A stretch of DNA of 63,899 bases, filler included, from Dimorphilus gyrociliatus (GCA_904063045.1; 5 parts of 5 records of this genome joined end to end with filler, not necessarily neighbours in it), one strand, 5' to 3'. Positions 25,570-36,489 are shown, counted from the whole stretch's first letter. A program made the numbers and translations. Notes: generated from the sequence alone by a model not told the origin.

Positions 25570-25760
25570 ACAGAAAACGTCCCCAAATTCATGATTTAAC
25601 CCTAACCCTAACCTAGCCCTTGTCTTTCCTTAACCTTTTTGATTGCTCCTAACCCTTAGATGGAACCCTCCTAACTATAAATCAAAAGCTACTTTACCCC
25701 TCCTAACCATTTTTCAATCCGAAATGTTTTTCAAAAATCTCATTTGGGGATGTTTTCTGT
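25570..25760. mobile_element. MITE-like element with 19-bp inverted repeats around CCCTAA-like motifs
   Basis: ACAGAAAACGTCCCCAAAT (25570-25588) versus ATTTGGGGATGTTTTCTGT (25742-25760), 18/19 match. Confidence 0.6.
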
Positions 25761-27819
25761 CAGCCCCCCTTAAAAGCCCTTTTATAAATTTTTCTTTTAT
25801 TTGATGTTATAGAAATAAATGCCAAGGGAACATGTTTCATTTTACTATCTTTTTTCATATGGATGTGTATAGATAAGAGGTGATAAAACAGATCTTTTTA
25901 AGAAATAATAAGATAATAAGATTGAGGCCTATATTTTGCTTTTCAAAAATTTAAAATGAGAGCAATATTTTGTTAAAAATGACAAGTTTTTGTATACTAA
26001 AGAATAATACAGCAGGCTTTGAGAAAACATATTTACTCATGAGAAAAGTTTTGACTGTGTTGTTAGAACATAAGAGTACTTTGTATACTATTGTAGTTTT
26101 TATAATATATATATCTTTTTTTTCTCTTACCTTGAGATATTGACATCTATTGCACAGTTAAGGATAGACAAAGTATTAGACTGGTTTCCTTCTTGAATAG
26201 TCAAATTAAATCTCTTTGTGATACAAACACACAATGTGCAGATAATTGATTACGAACAAAAACATATAAGACAATATATTCATGGTTTTATATTGCAAAC
26301 TTCAATTGAAAAAGTAACTGGTAGAGAATTTTTGGCATATGTAATAGAATAATAGAATTTTGAGATGACATCATTTTTTCTAGAACATTTAAAGATATAT
26401 CTATGATATAGATTATTACTAAAACTTAATGATGTTAATATACAAGGTTCAATATTTTCAATTGATTCCATATTTTTGTAAAATACATTAATAATGATTG
26501 ATTGGGAGATATTTTTTTCAAATTTCAAAGTCATTTCAGGAAAAGTATGTTGAGAGTAATATTTCACATTGTTTAGCCTACTACTCTCAATTAAAACTTT
26601 AGAATTATTATTCAAAGTTAAACAAGTAGAATGTAAATTATCTATTAAATATTCATTTTCAATTTTTTGGCATGTATTCTCTTGATATATTCTAATTATT
26701 CTTCCTTCTGTATTTACAAAGATAGATATATTCAATTTCTTTTTTTCAAGTTAAATACATACCAATGTCCTTGACTTTTAATTTATGATTAAAACCCAAC
26801 ATAGTATTTCTAAATGATAGTTGACTATCAACATATTCAATATTGTATTTAGTAGCTAACAATACATTTGAATAGTATAGTAATCCTTTACCAAATTGAA
26901 TTAAACCATTATTGATAGAAAACCAGAAATCATTCCACTCATTGCAAACAACATATTCTTTAATATTAGAGTTGCTATAGGACTGATTAAACTCATCTAA
27001 ATAAATAAAACTCTTTAAATAATTTGATATGAAAATAAAAAATATTTTCTTTTATCATTTGAATAGAAATGTAGTTCAATATCTCCACATTTGTTCAAAT
27101 CATTTACTTTTCCAAATAGGCTGAAACTTATTGATCTGACTTCATTTTGAAGTGGTGGTGGAAGGGTGTAAATAACAGTTTTCGCATTCTGAATTGTGTA
27201 CTCTTTTCCCAAGATATCTGAAAAAGATCAACTATACATTGATATAGGCCTAATTAGGGAATGTACTATACCTTTTATGAATACTTGAATAAGGCCAAAG
27301 CCAACAGAAAGTGGAGTTGGTGTTTCTAAGACCTCAATATACACTCCAGTTTCTATAAAATCCTTATTATAGTCAAAACAATGTTGAAAACTATTTTCTG
27401 TAGTGTTAATAATTTCTTCTAAACCAGAAGTCCATTCAATGCTTACTTTTGAAATGTATTGTTGATTATTTTGTCTGTTCAAAGTTTATAAATATAGTTT
27501 AATTAGAAAGAATAATTGTTTTTGTTATTTTTTTTGACCTATTTGTTAAACAATATCTAATAGGGTTTCCATATATTTTAAAAAAGACTTTAATATACTG
27601 TCCAATACAGTTTTTGCCATTACATTTGCTTGACCATTCTTTATACTTCTGTAACAAACTACTGAAATGGTCTATGGCATGTTGACAGGCCCATTTTGAG
27701 CTCTTCTCTGTTTTGGCTCTACAAGTAGCTCCATTTTCAATTTGAGCAATGTCTGTTAAATACTCTAAATTGTCTGTATTTTCGTAATTGGCTAAATGAT
27801 ATTTTGTTTTAGTATGACA

Positions 27820-29296
27820 ACCAACTAAATACCATACCAGATCCTCTTTAACAAACATATTTTCAATGAAGTTTTTATATTCATACAATGTTCCAGTATC
27901 AATATTTTCTCCTTCCAATTTGTCTACAACTTTCATCAGTGGAGTATCCAAAAGTTGTTCTGTATAAAAGTCTATTTTAACAGTTATAGTTTTTAGTTTC
28001 ATAACTTTCAATTGATTTTCAATTGTTTCTTCATCAAACTCACCATCTAAATTATCATCTAAGCAATCATCTAATTCTTCCAGATCTTCTGTATCAATAT
28101 AAAAGCATTTAAGCATGTCTTTTCTTTCTGCTAGTTGAGGAACTGTATTGCCATTCTGTTTTTCTTGATTCAGTCTGTCTTTTAGTAAGTTGCGAAAATC
28201 AATTACTTCATCAGTTTCTCCAATTCTTGATACCCAGTCTGCTCTGTTAGTCCTTCCTGGTATATAAATTATTTCAAAATCCATGTCCATAAGTACCATA
28301 ACCCATTTGATAGTACTTGAATTTAGTTTGTTTTGCACAAAGGTTTGTACTAAATTTTGGTGATCAGTATAAAGAAAAAATTTCTTATACTGCAAATAAT
28401 GGGAGAATTTTTGTACTGCCCAATACACAGCAAAAGCTTCTTTCTGATAAGCTGCATATCTTAGTTGTGTATTGATTAGAAGCTTGGAAGCAAAAGAAAT
28501 TGATTTTCTTATTTTCTTTCCATCTTCTTCACATTCTTGTTCCAGAACTGAGCCAACTGCATAATTGGAAGCATCTGTTGTTAAATAAAATGGCTTGGTA
28601 AAATCTGGTAGTTGAAGTATGGGTGGCTCAGTCATTGATTTCTTTAGTATCTGATAGGCCTCCTCTGCTTCCCTAGTCCATTTCAATTTTTCAGTTTTTT
28701 GGTGTATTTTTAACAACTCTCTCAAGGGTTTTGTAATTTTTGCAAAGTCCTTCACAAATCTTCTGTAATAACCACAAAATGCTACAAAACTTAATAAAGT
28801 ATTTGCAAACATAGCCAATTCAGCATCTTTTATCTTCTGAATCTTTTCTGGATCAGTTTCAATACCATTTTGTGTGATCTTATGACCAAGAAATTGTACT
28901 GATTCCTGTAGGTCTGATTCTGAAATCTTTTTCTTTAATTCTTTCCATTAGTTTTTGTAAAGCTATGTAGTGTTCTTCTAATGTTTTAGTAAACACAATA
29001 ATGTCATCCATATAATTAATGCAAAACTTTTCCAATCCATTAATTACAAAATTTGCCATAATATAACTAAAGTGTGAAGGTGCATTTGCCAAACCAAAAG
29101 GCATTCAATTGAATTCAAACAGTCCAAATGGTGTAATAAAAGCAGTTTTTTCTTTGTCCTCTTCCTTGATGGGGATGTGGTGAAATGCACTTGTCAAATC
29201 CAATATGGAAAAGTATTTATGAATTGCTATGGACATAATGGGACCTTTGACTGGAAATGATGCTTACAAATATATACTTGTGATTATAGATCACAT
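27820..29296 (-). pseudogene. Ty3/Gypsy pol fragment (RT with YMDD, RNase H, start of the integrase linker)
   Basis: YFSILDLTSAFHHIP...TAFITPFGLFEF*MPFGLANAP...YMDDIIVF; FCGYYRRFVKDFAKITKPL; FYLTTDASNYAVGSVL...E...YTDH...NRADWVSR. One stop and a frameshift. Confidence 0.92.
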
Positions 29297-29931
29297 TGTA
29301 CTGCTCTTGCTGGCAAAATCTATGCGTTTGCAAGTTATAACAATACTGGTTCTACTCGAACCTTTAAACAAATGTTTAAATTAAAATGGTTTATTCGCAA
29401 TAATAATACTTAAGCAAGTAACAATATGAGAGTTCAATAGCAGAGTAGATAGTTTGTAATAGCAGGTTGCCAAATTACCAAACTGTCTTCCAATGTTGAG
29501 GAGTAGATGGATGGTTCCAGTGGAGGTTGTTTCCAGATGATTTTCCCAGGTCCTTGGGTCCAGATGGAAGCTGCATGCCAAATGAGAATAATGAGGATTT
29601 ATATACTTTGAGGTTTGTCTCTGACATCCAATCATCACTTTACAGTTGCCGAAATGTGTAGTTCATATTTATCTTTAGTAACAGGATGTTACAAGGTTCA
29701 ACATTTAGGAAGGTTAATTGAATTATAACTTGGCCACACCCTAGGCAAGTTAATTAAATTATAACTTGGCCAAACCTTTATTGGTAATTAAAGATGAACC
29801 TTCAAGCTGACTAATCAGACTTATGTTTGGCCAATGTTATAGCATTTTCTTGCGTAGGTTTTAAGATGTACATGTATATGTTGCATAAAATAATAGAGTT
29901 CAAGCATGTTAAATATAACCAAAGTAGTACA
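29297..29931 (-). mobile_element. 3' LTR (635 bp) of the env-bearing element
   Basis: TGTAC at 29931 to GTACA at 29297, preceded on the minus strand by a polypurine tract and the env stop; contains a ~36-bp internal tandem repeat with TGGCCAAGTTATAATT. Confidence 0.95.
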
Positions 29932-29932
29932 A

Positions 29933-29945
29933 CTTCCCCTTCTTT
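29933..29945 (-). promoter_or_regulatory. Polypurine tract (plus-strand primer) AAAGAAGGGGAAG
   Basis: Purine run ending 1 nt before the LTR TG. Confidence 0.85.
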
Positions 29946-29961
29946 GTGAAGATGAGTCCCT

Positions 29962-32382
29962 TCATCTTGATTTAATGAGAATTACAGGTGGTTGTTCTTC
30001 TTCATTAGTTTGATGTTGACTAAAGCTACAACTTTGTTTCATTAGTTTTGGGTTTTCAGGAGAGTTATCTGTGCTCTCACTTGGGGTAGCAATTTCTTCT
30101 CTTTGTTTTCTTCTTCCAATAATATAGTTGAAAATGATGATACATACCATTGACACTACAATACTCAAACAAATATTTCGTATGATAACATAAAGTGTTT
30201 TCCCAGGTTTATAGTACCAACTATGGAAAAACTTTTTAATTCCAGATAAATTGGGTACAATGCCATTTTTCTCTGCAACAGTGACCATGTTATCATACCT
30301 TGCCTGCTTCTGTTCCAGTGAACTGATAACTTGCTTAATTTTTGAGTGCTGGTATGCAATATCCTTCTTTACCCCATGGTGGAGTAGATCAGCTAATCTG
30401 GCAATTTCAATTTTTGGTTCAGAAAGGTGATTGTGGATATGTAACTGCATGGATTTTGCAGACACAGTGTGAAATCTGCATCCTCTTTCTGAATAATACA
30501 CATACGTTTTGTCTTTCATTGGTTGGTTTCTTATAGGATTTAATGGGTTGTGAGTTGTTTTGTAGAATAACTTGTTAGACTTACACTCATTATAGGTAAT
30601 CTCTTCAGGATTGACTTGCTGTAAAACATGAGTAACTGGTTCTACTTGGAAAAGCAGGTTGTTCATGGTGACAAGTAAAAATTGAGAACATTTGTTATTC
30701 TTTTTTATCATGCTTAAGTCACAAACTACTTCTGTTGAGGCTATTGGTGAACATTGTTTAATTATAGCTAATTCTCCCATCTGACTACTGTGCATTCCCA
30801 ACTCATTTGTTAACACTGTGGTCAATTGAGGATCCAAATTTGCTAGTAATGCCATCATTCTGCTTCTTTGAACAAATTGATTGCAGAGAAGACTTGACAG
30901 CTGTTAGGTTAACTTTTTTAAATTCTTAAAATTTGAATCAATACCATGTAGTAAGGTAGATGTTTGGGCAGCTTCTCTCATTTCCAATGGGAATTTGTGG
31001 TATGGGTTTTTACTTATCTTATGTTTCAGTTTTGCTTCCTTCTTCATCTGCTTTTTAGCCATTCTCATGTGTAGAGTAAAATAAATTCCTTCATAGGTAA
31101 TCTTAAATTCTCTGGCTGGTGGTCCTTTATACCATATGCCCAATGTTGGTAATACCTTCTTTTTGATTCTTTTCTCACTGTATACATATTTTGAAATCGT
31201 GACAGATTGTCTTGTTGCCCTTGTCCAATTGACTGCTTGCAGCATTTCTTGGATATAATAGTTATCCAGCTCCCAGTAAGATGGACTAATGGGTTGTTGT
31301 AGATGATATATCACAACTTCCTTGAGTGTGCCTTTATTTCTCATTAGTTTATACTTTGTGTTTGTTTCTCTGTACCATTGGTTAAGACTTGGTAAGGGGT
31401 TGTTTCGCTTGTATAGTATAATTTGTTCTTTAACTTTATTGGGATAGTTTAATAGTCGTTTTTCTTCATTTTTGCCAATCTTCTGATATTGTAGCAAATT
31501 GTATAGGTGTTCCTTGCTTGTTTCCTGTATTAAACTCTGTTCCTCCAGTGGTACTAGTACTTTTGTTCCATGACCACCAATTCCATCAATAAACTTATCT
31601 TGATAAGGGATGTCCAGAATAGAATACCCTGGACAAGAATAGTGACCAGCAAATTTGATACAACTAATTCTGTTGCTAATTTTTATCCATGGTGATTGTT
31701 GCCCAAGTGTGTAATTATTCTTGAGGTTCCTAAAGACAATAATTGCCTCTTCTGTTTCACAATAGGACTGCCCTGGTAAACAATCTTCCAGGTAGTCCAG
31801 ATTAGTTGTAATTTTCATATTAGGAGGTTGCCAATATGCTTTGCCAAACTGGATAATTGTGGTGTATTCCAGCACCTTGGTCGTTGTTGGCCATGTGTAG
31901 GCAGCAGGAAACTGATCTTGGTGGATCCAAGTGTTTCTTTTCACCATTAAAGGTTTTCCTTGAAAAGATCGTTTGTCTTTTATCATCTGTCTGCATTGAT
32001 CATGAGTTACTTTGATAACTGAGTTAACAATCCTCCTCTTCTTTGCTCCAAAGAAATAGTAAGTGTAAAAATTAGTTCTTAGATACACTTGACATTTTAC
32101 TGCTCTTGTTTCAATTTCTTCCAAGTTCAATTCATAGATATCAGCTGTAATTGTCTTGGTTTCTTGTGATTCTATATTACAAGTTGGCTCATCTGCTAGA
32201 TCAAATGCCTGGCTTGGTAGTTGGTTAGAACAAAAGTATAACGGTGGTTTAAATGTTAAGGTAATGTTTGCACTTGTAACATGGGCACCTTGGTAGGATG
32301 GTTTTGGGACTGTTATTGAGTGGATGCAGCCACAGATCACCATTACAGTCATCACTAGTGGAAGCCACAACATCTGTTTCAT
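29962..32382 (-). pseudogene. Env-like class III-type fusion glycoprotein (~800 aa) with a single in-frame stop at 30904-30906
   Basis: ORFs 30904-32382 and 29962-30858 share a frame (15 open codons between them). Signal peptide, Cys pattern C..T....YYFFG.K...V...QC..MI, RATR furin-like site, C-terminal TM (IIRNICLSIVVSMVCIIIF) and cytoplasmic tail. Confidence 0.8.
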
Positions 32383-32402
32383 GTTAGCTCTTCCTGTGTT
32401 GG

Positions 32403-32990
32403 CTATAGTTGAATGGTTGAAATTTTGTGTTGTTGTTCCACTCTGATAGTTATTCCATCTTCTAACTCTATATATTGTGGTTCCACTTCTTGTTGGGAAT
32501 CTAATTGTTCAGAGATGATTTTAGTCTCATCTAAAAATATGACTGACTCATTGTCTGTGTCACTTGTATTTTCTTTCTCATCTTGGGATGAATCTACCAC
32601 TATGAGGGACTCATTATCTGAATGGGTTATGTCAATAATTTCACCTTCAATAATTATTGACTCATTATCCGAATGGGTTATATCAATAATTTCACTTTCA
32701 ATAATTATTGACTCATCGTCTGAACTAGATATTTCATCTTCTCTATCAGAGATAATGTTTGCCTCTGAATCTGTATTTTGATCCAGTTCATTATTTGTTT
32801 CTGTGTCATCACTTTCAGATGAGCTTGAAGGTTCATTGAGACTGTAATTACTGTCTGTTTTGAAAGTATTGCTTGTGTCATAACCAGTATCAGAATTAGT
32901 AACTTCCATCTCTGAGTCATCACTATCTGAACTTTCTGATGAAGAGTCATGCTGTCCATCATGGCTATAGTGACTTTGTTTAGTTGAGGT
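32403..32990 (-). CDS. Acidic Ser/Asp/Glu-rich ORF with a 51-bp tandem repeat encoding SIM-like motifs
   Basis: ORF 32403-32909, with the frame open upstream to ~32990. Repeats ESIIIESEIIDITHSDN / ESIIIEGEIIDITHSDN / ESLIVVD. Confidence 0.65.
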   Translation of the reverse strand, partial: TSTKQSHYSHDGQHDSSSESSDSDDSEMEVTNSDTGYDTSNTFKTDSNYSLNEPSSSSESDDTETNNELDQNTDSEANIISDREDEISSSDDESIIIESEIIDITHSDNESIIIEGEIIDITHSDNESLIVVDSSQDEKENTSDTDNESVIFLDETKIISEQLDSQQEVEPQYIELEDGITIRVEQQHKISTIQL

Positions 32991-33019
32991 TGCCTTATTC
33001 TTTCAGCCAGGTTCCCTTT

Positions 33020-33370
33020 CCTTCTATCAAATTTGAGAGAACACTGTTTAGCTTCAAAATTGAGGTTTGCTCCCACAGTTTGTAGGAAATCACAACCAAG
33101 TATTATTGCTATGTCTAGATTTTCCATAACTATAAATTCTTGTTCCATACTTTCTCCAGCAAATTGGATATTCAGCTTTACGCTTCCTTTTTGCTTTAAA
33201 GCTTTCCCATCAGCTGAAGTTATAATTGGTAACCAATTGTTTCTTTATCCATAATTGTAACATCCATTAACTTGATTTCTTTTTCAGTAATAAAGGATCT
33301 CAATGCTCCTGTGTCACACAGGCAATGACTTCTTGGCCTTTTTGATTCTTCAAACGGAATTGGAAGTCAT
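33020..33370 (-). pseudogene. Retropepsin-type aspartic protease (two frameshifts), located 3' of integrase
   Basis: EVIA/LCDTGALRSFI (DTG at 33307-33315), I.SADG...KG...L.I...G...EQEFIV...IILGCDFL. Confidence 0.85.
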
Positions 33371-33479
33371 TTCTTCCTTCTACCTGAGAAAGATATTGGA
33401 GGTGTGTTATTTCCTTCTCCACAAGGTGAAAGATTGTGTTGCTTCTTTCCCTGTTTCCAACTTATTAGATTCATTGGCT

Positions 33480-34450
33480 AGTCTTAATCTGCTACCATGT
33501 ACCAACTTGCATGTATTATCATCCATTTGTATTTCATATATCCACTTTTGATGATTGACTTTTGTTATTCGGTATGGGCCTAACCATTTTAAGAAGGGAT
33601 TTTTGTTATTGCAATTCTTGCAGCATCATTTCTTAAGAATACTTCATCATCAACCTCAAATATTTTGGAAGATTGAGATTTCTATTCTTTCTTTCCCTAT
33701 ATTGTTCTTTTGCCATGATGGATTTACAGAAGGCTGTAGCTCTTAACTGTACTAATTGCTGCTGGTGATTGAATACAAATAGTACATTTGTTTCAGGAGA
33801 GGTAGTATGCATTGTTACATCAATCAGTGTTCTTGTGCTGGTGCCAAAAAGAAGTTCCTGGGGTGGTAGTCTTGTACTTCCTACAGGTGATTGATTCAAA
33901 ATGCTTGAATCAAGGGTAGGTTTGCAACCCAGTTATGCTGATTTTCTTCCACCACTAATTTATTGATTTCCTTCCTCACTTCTCTATTTCTTCTTCAACT
34001 AGTCATTGCTCTGGCTTTATAAGCTGTTGTTTGGATTTTCTCAATACCTAATACCTTCATAAACTCTTTAAAAGCTTTACCAACAAAGTTTCTTCTTGAT
34101 CTGTCAACATTTGTTTTGGAATTCCAAAAATGGGAAAAATCTGTTGAAAGAAGGTTTGCAATTTCTTTACTGGTTTGCTGTTTGAGTGCATATAAAACTG
34201 TGTATCTACTGAAATGATCACTATCACAAGTATGAATCTGTATGACTTAACCATGGGTAAGGTCCATTATATCCATGGCTACCAACTCCATTGGTGATGC
34301 AGGGTGAAAGGTTTCTACCAAAGGTATACTCTACTCTACATTCATTGTTCACACAAGTGCAATCCTTTATTGAATTCTCAATCATAATCTTTAATTTTGG
34401 GTGCCAAAGGTCTTTGTAATTATTTGTAATGTCATTCTGGGTCATGGTGA
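33480..34450 (-). pseudogene. Degenerate Gypsy-type integrase with GPY/F module
   Basis: H..H zinc region, LVAMDI, TDQ, TTAYKAQSN, LNQSPVG...PQELLFG, FEVDDEVFLRN...KWLGPYRITKV...YEI...VHGSRLR (GPY at 33572-33580); many indels. Confidence 0.85.
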
Positions 34451-35593
34451 TTGTGAATTTTATTTTTATGGAATTTAGGGAGCAGAGTTAGCATCAAATG
34501 GTCAGGTAAAACCAGAATGTTTCTTTCTTCAAGGATAATCCAGATCATTTCCTTGTGAACAAACATCTCCATTATGAAAGGTGTAAAAGTTCCAAAATAA
34601 GGAATAGGTAGCTGACCATCCAATGTTAAATATTCTTTAATTGATTTTAAATTCACATCTTTTTCTTGCTCGACTGAAGTCAACAGAAGACAAATCAATT
34701 TCTCTTCACTGTTATCACTGGTAGCTACAAAAGTTAACTCTGGTGTATGTTCATACTGTTCCATTTTAACTGAAATAGAGGGAAATTCTCTTTTTGATCT
34801 TTCCATGAATTAGCTCTTCAAATGTTACTTTCCTTGGGGGTGTATATCTTCTAATCTTGTTAATGCATCTGCTCTATTTTTTCGTCTGTCATAGTTAATT
34901 GTAAATTTTAAATCCATTAAAGCCATGACCTTTGCTGTGCTGACATTCATTTGTTTTGCTTAAATGTTGTACTAGACTCTGATGGCAGTATATAAAAAAA
35001 GGCTTGTCTTGAAGGTAATGTAAAATTTCTTTACAACCCAGTAAAACCAAATGCTTCTTTTGATAGGCTGCATATTTCATTTGATTATTGTTGAATGTTT
35101 TGAAGCGTAGGCAATGGGTTTCATTGTTTTCTTCCATTCTCATCTACATAAACTTGTTCAAGAACTCCTCTACAGCTACATTCGATGCATTGTTGTTAAG
35201 TGAAATTTTAGCAAATCAGGTAGTTGTAATACGGAGGGTTAACTACTGCATCTCTCACTTGAAAAATGATTGCTTGCTTCCTCAGTCATTGCAATTATCT
35301 TTTTCCCATGTAGTTTCATTACATATCAGAGGTTTAGCTACTCTTGCAAAATCTTGTATAATTTTCTGTAATAGCAAAATGCAACAAGAGCTTAGTAGTG
35401 AATTTGCAAACACCTGGTGGCTGTAAATTATATAATTTATCTGTCTGTGACTTATCTGTTTAATCCCCTTTTCTGATACAATGTGTCCAAGAATTGAACT
35501 TGTTTGTTCAAAAACACACATTTACTTAGTTTAATCTTAAAATTGTACTTTTGAATCTGTTGAAGAATGGTCTCCAATGCTTCCCAATGTTGG
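34450..35593 (-). pseudogene. Degenerate RT C-terminus, RNase H and connector of the same element
   Basis: HWEALETIL..KYNFKIKLSKCVF..ILGHIVSEKGI; DFARVAKPL; NASNVAV; QMKYAAYQK; multiple stops and frameshifts; cut by a 10-N gap. Confidence 0.8.
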
Positions 35594-35603
35594 NNNNNNN
35601 NNN

Positions 35604-35863
35604 CAAGGACCTGGGAAAATCATCTGGAAACAACCTCCACTGGAACCATCCATCTACTCCTCAACATTAGAAGACAGTTTGGTAATTTGGCAACCTGCTT
35701 TTACAAACTATCTACTCTGCTATCGAACTCTCATATTGTTACTTGCTTAAGTATTATTATTGCGAATAAACTGTTTTAATTTAAACATTTGTTTAAAGGT
35801 TCGAGTAGAACCAGTATTGTTATAACTTGCAAACGCATAGATTTTGCCAGCAAGAGCAGTACA
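35604..35863 (+). mobile_element. Partial third LTR copy (3' part), opposite orientation, next to a 10-N gap
   Basis: Near-identical to the last ~260 bp of the other two LTRs, ending GAGCAGTACA. Confidence 0.9.
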
Positions 35864-36489
35864 ATATTTCTCTTCATCTTCCTCATTTCCTGTAGAAAAA
35901 TTTTTACAAATAAACTATAATTTCTGAAATTAAATAGACTGTTTAGTTTATACACTACTCAAGATCTATTTATAATACACATGAAAGAACAGCAATATAG
36001 TATATATTAAATGTAAGGTCTAAATATTATTATGTTACTATTTCTAGGTAAAATTAACGAATGTGTGGTATACAAATACCAGATTTTTTCAGGTCAGCCA
36101 TTTTGAATTTGTTTGTTGATTATTTGATAAGAGAACCTTGAAATTGTATTATTTTTCTTTACTTCAAAGTTTTTCACTGTTTTTAAATATTAATGGAAAT
36201 ATTTCAAATCTGTACATTTTGAAATATAGCAATCTAATGCAAAAATTGCAAACTTACATTTTGTTGAAGACAGAAGAGAAAAATTTGTTTGCTATGTAAT
36301 GAGCTTCTTCATAAAAAATGTATCATAAGTAAGAATTTTGTAATTCATCTTACCAATTGTAAATATATAATTATTTCCTTTCAGAGTCTAAGGTGTCAGT
36401 TTGTCTGGATTAGGGAAAAAAAACAGTGTCTGCTCTAAATCACAAGACTAGAAGATCAAGGAATAGAAGAGAGAGAAAACTTCAGGTAC

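Larger units (their letters stand above)
21977..27791 (-). pseudogene. Disrupted LGR/GRL101-like GPCR (sugar-binding-like domains, LDLa relic, LRR, partial 7TM)
   Basis: LRR ORF 23400-23843 (LQSLTIS..LKYLNYLDFSST.L); 7TM part WKNSNFCHFLGILVTSS...LLFITLDRYVTIC (22837-23184); N-terminal exons 26280-27791 with stops/frameshifts; interrupted by a solo LTR. Confidence 0.65.

Noticed and set aside
27499-28818. ORF appears to fuse RNase H/pol in frame to a host sugar-binding-like exon (possible chimeric or domesticated gene)
   Set aside because: A normal acceptor (tcatttag|CC at 27792) sits at the junction, so the pol fragment lies in the intron and is in frame by chance. The upstream RT is broken.
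28995-29020. YMDD RT motif as a sign of retrovirus or hepadnavirus affinity
   Set aside because: YxDD varies within Ty3/Gypsy, and the surrounding motifs (MPFGLANAP, TDAS, GYYRRFV) are typical Gypsy.
35604-35863. Third LTR as the 5' LTR of the env element
   Set aside because: It is in the wrong orientation, its flank (ATAT) does not match the ACAT flank at 29293-29296, there is no PBS, and it abuts a 10-N gap in mid-RT. It is a separate insertion or a scaffolding artefact.
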